A DNA stretch of 63,076 nucleotides, filler included. It is 5 parts of 5 records of this genome, joined end to end, with 100 filler letters (N's around TTAATTAATTAA, not from the genome) between each part and the next. Parts side by side here need not be neighbours in the genome. Positions count along the whole stretch, not along the records: positions 57,420 to 63,076 come from DRR723986_7066; 4 more parts are not named here. One strand, given 5' to 3'. The notes under the pieces are model-generated. The model searched no databases. It saw nothing but the letters and a program-made list of their open reading frames with translations, and was not told the origin of the DNA. This document shows, piece by piece, positions 60,836-63,076 of this stretch (positions within the stretch are counted from its first letter, which is position 1; each line of letters opens with the position of its first letter). The translations under genes were made by a program, and so were the position numbers.

Positions 60836-61939
60836 ATGGCCGACCTTTATCAATCTCGACTGACACGGCTGCGCCAACGGATGTCTGACAACGGCGTCGA
60901 TCTGGTGGTCGCCGGGCCAAGCAGTCATATGATGTGGCTCACGGGTCTCAACCCGCATGGTGACGAACGCCCGGTGATGTTGATGGTCAGCGCAACCGCT
61001 GCAGGCTTCCTGATGCCGGCCCTCAACGCCGACAGTGCGCGCCAGAAATCAGATCTGCCGTTCTTTTGCTGGGATGATGCCGACGGCCCGGAGCAAGCCC
61101 TTGACGATTTGTTAAGCGCTGTTGACGCAAAACAAACCGGGCTCAGCATTGTCTTGGACGAAACCATGCGCACGGATTTCTCTCTGTTGTTGCTCGGCAC
61201 ATTGGATCAGCCAAATCACAGCTTTCTGCATCAAACCGTCGGCTATCTGCGTGGATTGAAAGATGACGCGGAATATCAGGCGCTTAAGGCATCAGCGTTG
61301 CTCAATGATGCGGCAGCGAAACACGGCTTTGCATCCCTGCGCGAAGGTATGACGGAGATGGAGCTTCAAACCATCATTCGCGATTATTACAAGGCCAACG
61401 ACGCCGCGCCGGAATTCACGATCGTCGGCTTTGGCGCCAATGGCGCGTTTCCCCATCATCACACCGGTCAAACCCGGCTGGAGCGTGATATGGCCATCCT
61501 GATCGACACGGGGTGCCGGTTTCAAGGATACCCATCTGACATGACACGCTGTGGCTGGTTTGGCGATCCAGACGAGGAATTTCTTAAGGTTGCCGCGGTG
61601 GTCGAAGGTGCGGTTCAAGCCGCCGTCGATGCGGCCCGGCCCGGTATGAAAGCGTCAGAGCTGGACAAAGTGGCGCGGGATCACATCACTGAGGCCGGAT
61701 ATGGCAAGGAATTTCTGCACCGTTTGGGCCATGGTGTCGGCATTGATGTGCATGAGCCGCCCTATATCACAGCGACGTCTGACACCGTTCTGGAAGTTGG
61801 AAATGTGTTTTCCATTGAGCCGGGCATATACTTAAAGCAACGCTTTGGCATCCGGTTGGAAGACATTGTTATTATGAAAGAAAATGGCGCTGAGATTCTT
61901 TCGGACCTGCCGCGTGATTTGGTGATTTTCGGCGGTTGA
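60836..61939 (+). CDS. M24 family Xaa-Pro peptidase
   Basis: Creatinase-N-like start; metal ligands IDTG....GYPSDMTR, HRLGHGVGIDVHE.P, SIEPGIY, GIRLEDIV; AGGAG before ATG 60836. Confidence 0.9.
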   Translation: MADLYQSRLTRLRQRMSDNGVDLVVAGPSSHMMWLTGLNPHGDERPVMLMVSATAAGFLMPALNADSARQKSDLPFFCWDDADGPEQALDDLLSAVDAKQTGLSIVLDETMRTDFSLLLLGTLDQPNHSFLHQTVGYLRGLKDDAEYQALKASALLNDAAAKHGFASLREGMTEMELQTIIRDYYKANDAAPEFTIVGFGANGAFPHHHTGQTRLERDMAILIDTGCRFQGYPSDMTRCGWFGDPDEEFLKVAAVVEGAVQAAVDAARPGMKASELDKVARDHITEAGYGKEFLHRLGHGVGIDVHEPPYITATSDTVLEVGNVFSIEPGIYLKQRFGIRLEDIVIMKENGAEILSDLPRDLVIFGG

Positions 61940-61967
61940 ACAGTTTGAAAATGGGGGCATTGGCCCC

Positions 61968-62657
61968 CTACCCCAAGGCATATCCTGCGCCGCGCACCGT
62001 ACGAATCGGATCGTCGCCACCATGGCGCGTCAACGCCTTGCGCAGCCTTGCAATGTGCACGTCTACGGTGCGTGTATCGACATAGATGTCGCGGCCCCAA
62101 ACGTGGTCGAGCAGTTGATCACGGCTGAACACGCGCCCCGGTTTTTCAAGCAAAGTCACCAAAAGCCGGTATTCCGTCGGGCCAAGCTTCAGCTCCTGAT
62201 CCGCGCGGCTGACCCGGTGACTTTCGGTATCAAGTGCAATGTCCTGATAAGACAATGACGCGCCGGATGCCGCCGGCCGCGAGCGGCGTAATTGGTTGCG
62301 CACACGTGCCATCAGCTCGCGCATGGAATAGGGTTTGATGATGTAATCATCCGCGCCGGTTTCCAGGCCGCGTACGGCATCCACCTCTTCGGAACGCGCC
62401 GATAGCATGATCACCGGAATATGGCGCGTGTCGTCGCGGGTCTTGAGCTGGCGGCAAACCTCGATCCCGCTCATCAGCGGCATCATCCAATCCAGGATCA
62501 CCAGATCCGGCGCGGCCTCAGCCACCAAAAGCATTGCTTCCTCGCCGTTTTGTGCCTGTGTCACGGCAAGACCTTCGGCCTCAAGATTATAGGCAAGAAC
62601 TTCGCGCTGTGCCGGTTCGTCTTCGACCAGCAAGACCTGTGGCTGTGTCACACTCAT
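61968..62657 (-). CDS. phoB: Phosphate regulon response regulator PhoB
   Basis: LLVEDE, LDWMMP..SG, GADDY..KP, GPTEYRLL, VFSRDQLLD.VWGRDIYVDTRTVDVHI; follows phoU. Confidence 0.95.
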   Translation of the reverse strand: MSVTQPQVLLVEDEPAQREVLAYNLEAEGLAVTQAQNGEEAMLLVAEAAPDLVILDWMMPLMSGIEVCRQLKTRDDTRHIPVIMLSARSEEVDAVRGLETGADDYIIKPYSMRELMARVRNQLRRSRPAASGASLSYQDIALDTESHRVSRADQELKLGPTEYRLLVTLLEKPGRVFSRDQLLDHVWGRDIYVDTRTVDVHIARLRKALTRHGGDDPIRTVRGAGYALG

Positions 62658-62661
62658 CAAC

Positions 62662-63076
62662 TTAGGCCTTTGATGCCACAGAGGTTTCATCCGCCTTTGG
62701 GCGGGCATCTGCCGGGGCAACACCCGTCACCAGATACACCACCTGTTCGGCGATAGAGGTCACATGATCGCCCATGCGTTCGACGTTTTTGGCGATGAAA
62801 TGCAGGTGCATACAGGCGGTGATGTTGCGCGGATCTTCCATCATGAAGGTCAGGAATTCACGGAACAGCGCATTGTACATCTGATCAAGATCTTCATCGC
62901 GGGCGATAATGTCCAGCGCCAGATCGGCATCGCGCTGGATATAGGCATCAAGCGCATCTTTCAGCATCGCTTCTACAGTGCGGGCCATGCGGCGGATCGA
63001 ACCGGCGCTGTCATTCACCGGCGGCATCTGCGAAAGAACCCCTGTGCGCTTGGCCATGTTCTTGGCATAGTCACCG
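62662..63076 (-). CDS. phoU: Phosphate signalling protein PhoU (5' part outside the window)
   Basis: GDYAKNMAKR; D..YNALFREFLTFMMEDPRNIT...HLHFIAKN.ER.GDH.T.IAE. Confidence 0.95.
   Translation of the reverse strand, partial: GDYAKNMAKRTGVLSQMPPVNDSAGSIRRMARTVEAMLKDALDAYIQRDADLALDIIARDEDLDQMYNALFREFLTFMMEDPRNITACMHLHFIAKNVERMGDHVTSIAEQVVYLVTGVAPADARPKADETSVASKA

Overview
The window is not one locus. It is five contigs joined by artificial 100-nt linkers (N44-TTAATTAATTAA-N44), apparently from at least two and probably three lineages. Contig 1 (1-18144) and contig 3 (27621-37856) look FCB/Bacteroidota-like (T9SS-type C-terminal domains, TAnnTTTG promoter elements, Gln-initial mature proteins). 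Contig 1 carries a DoxX-like membrane protein fused to a His-rich domain, two paralogous cytoplasmic TPR-LuxR regulators bracketing a 1982-aa FG-GAP/Ig surface protein, and another T9SS cargo protein. Contig 3 carries a ~3170-aa paralog of that giant protein. Contig 2 (18245-27520) is very GC-rich and probably alphaproteobacterial. It has a Wzy-like membrane protein divergent from a hybrid NRPS/PKS (A-PCP plus KS-AT-ACP-aminotransferase-C, truncated). Contigs 4 and 5 are Roseobacter-like and mostly housekeeping: polA, a MoxR/DUF58/BatA cluster, alpha-2-macroglobulin-pbpC, tsf, aroQ, a LuxR solo, an M24 peptidase and phoUB. The best candidates for undescribed biology are: (i) the TPR-LuxR / giant FG-GAP module, with a conserved ~60-aa basic extension ahead of the signal peptide and recurring TACACCA/GTAG-CTAC upstream motifs; (ii) a two-copy ~75-nt structured intergenic element with a compensatory base change; (iii) the aminotransferase-bearing NRPS/PKS next to a polysaccharide-polymerase-like gene; (iv) a signal-peptide-bearing hydratase-family gene appended to the a2M-pbpC operon. 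All family assignments come from motif recognition by eye; no database searches were run.
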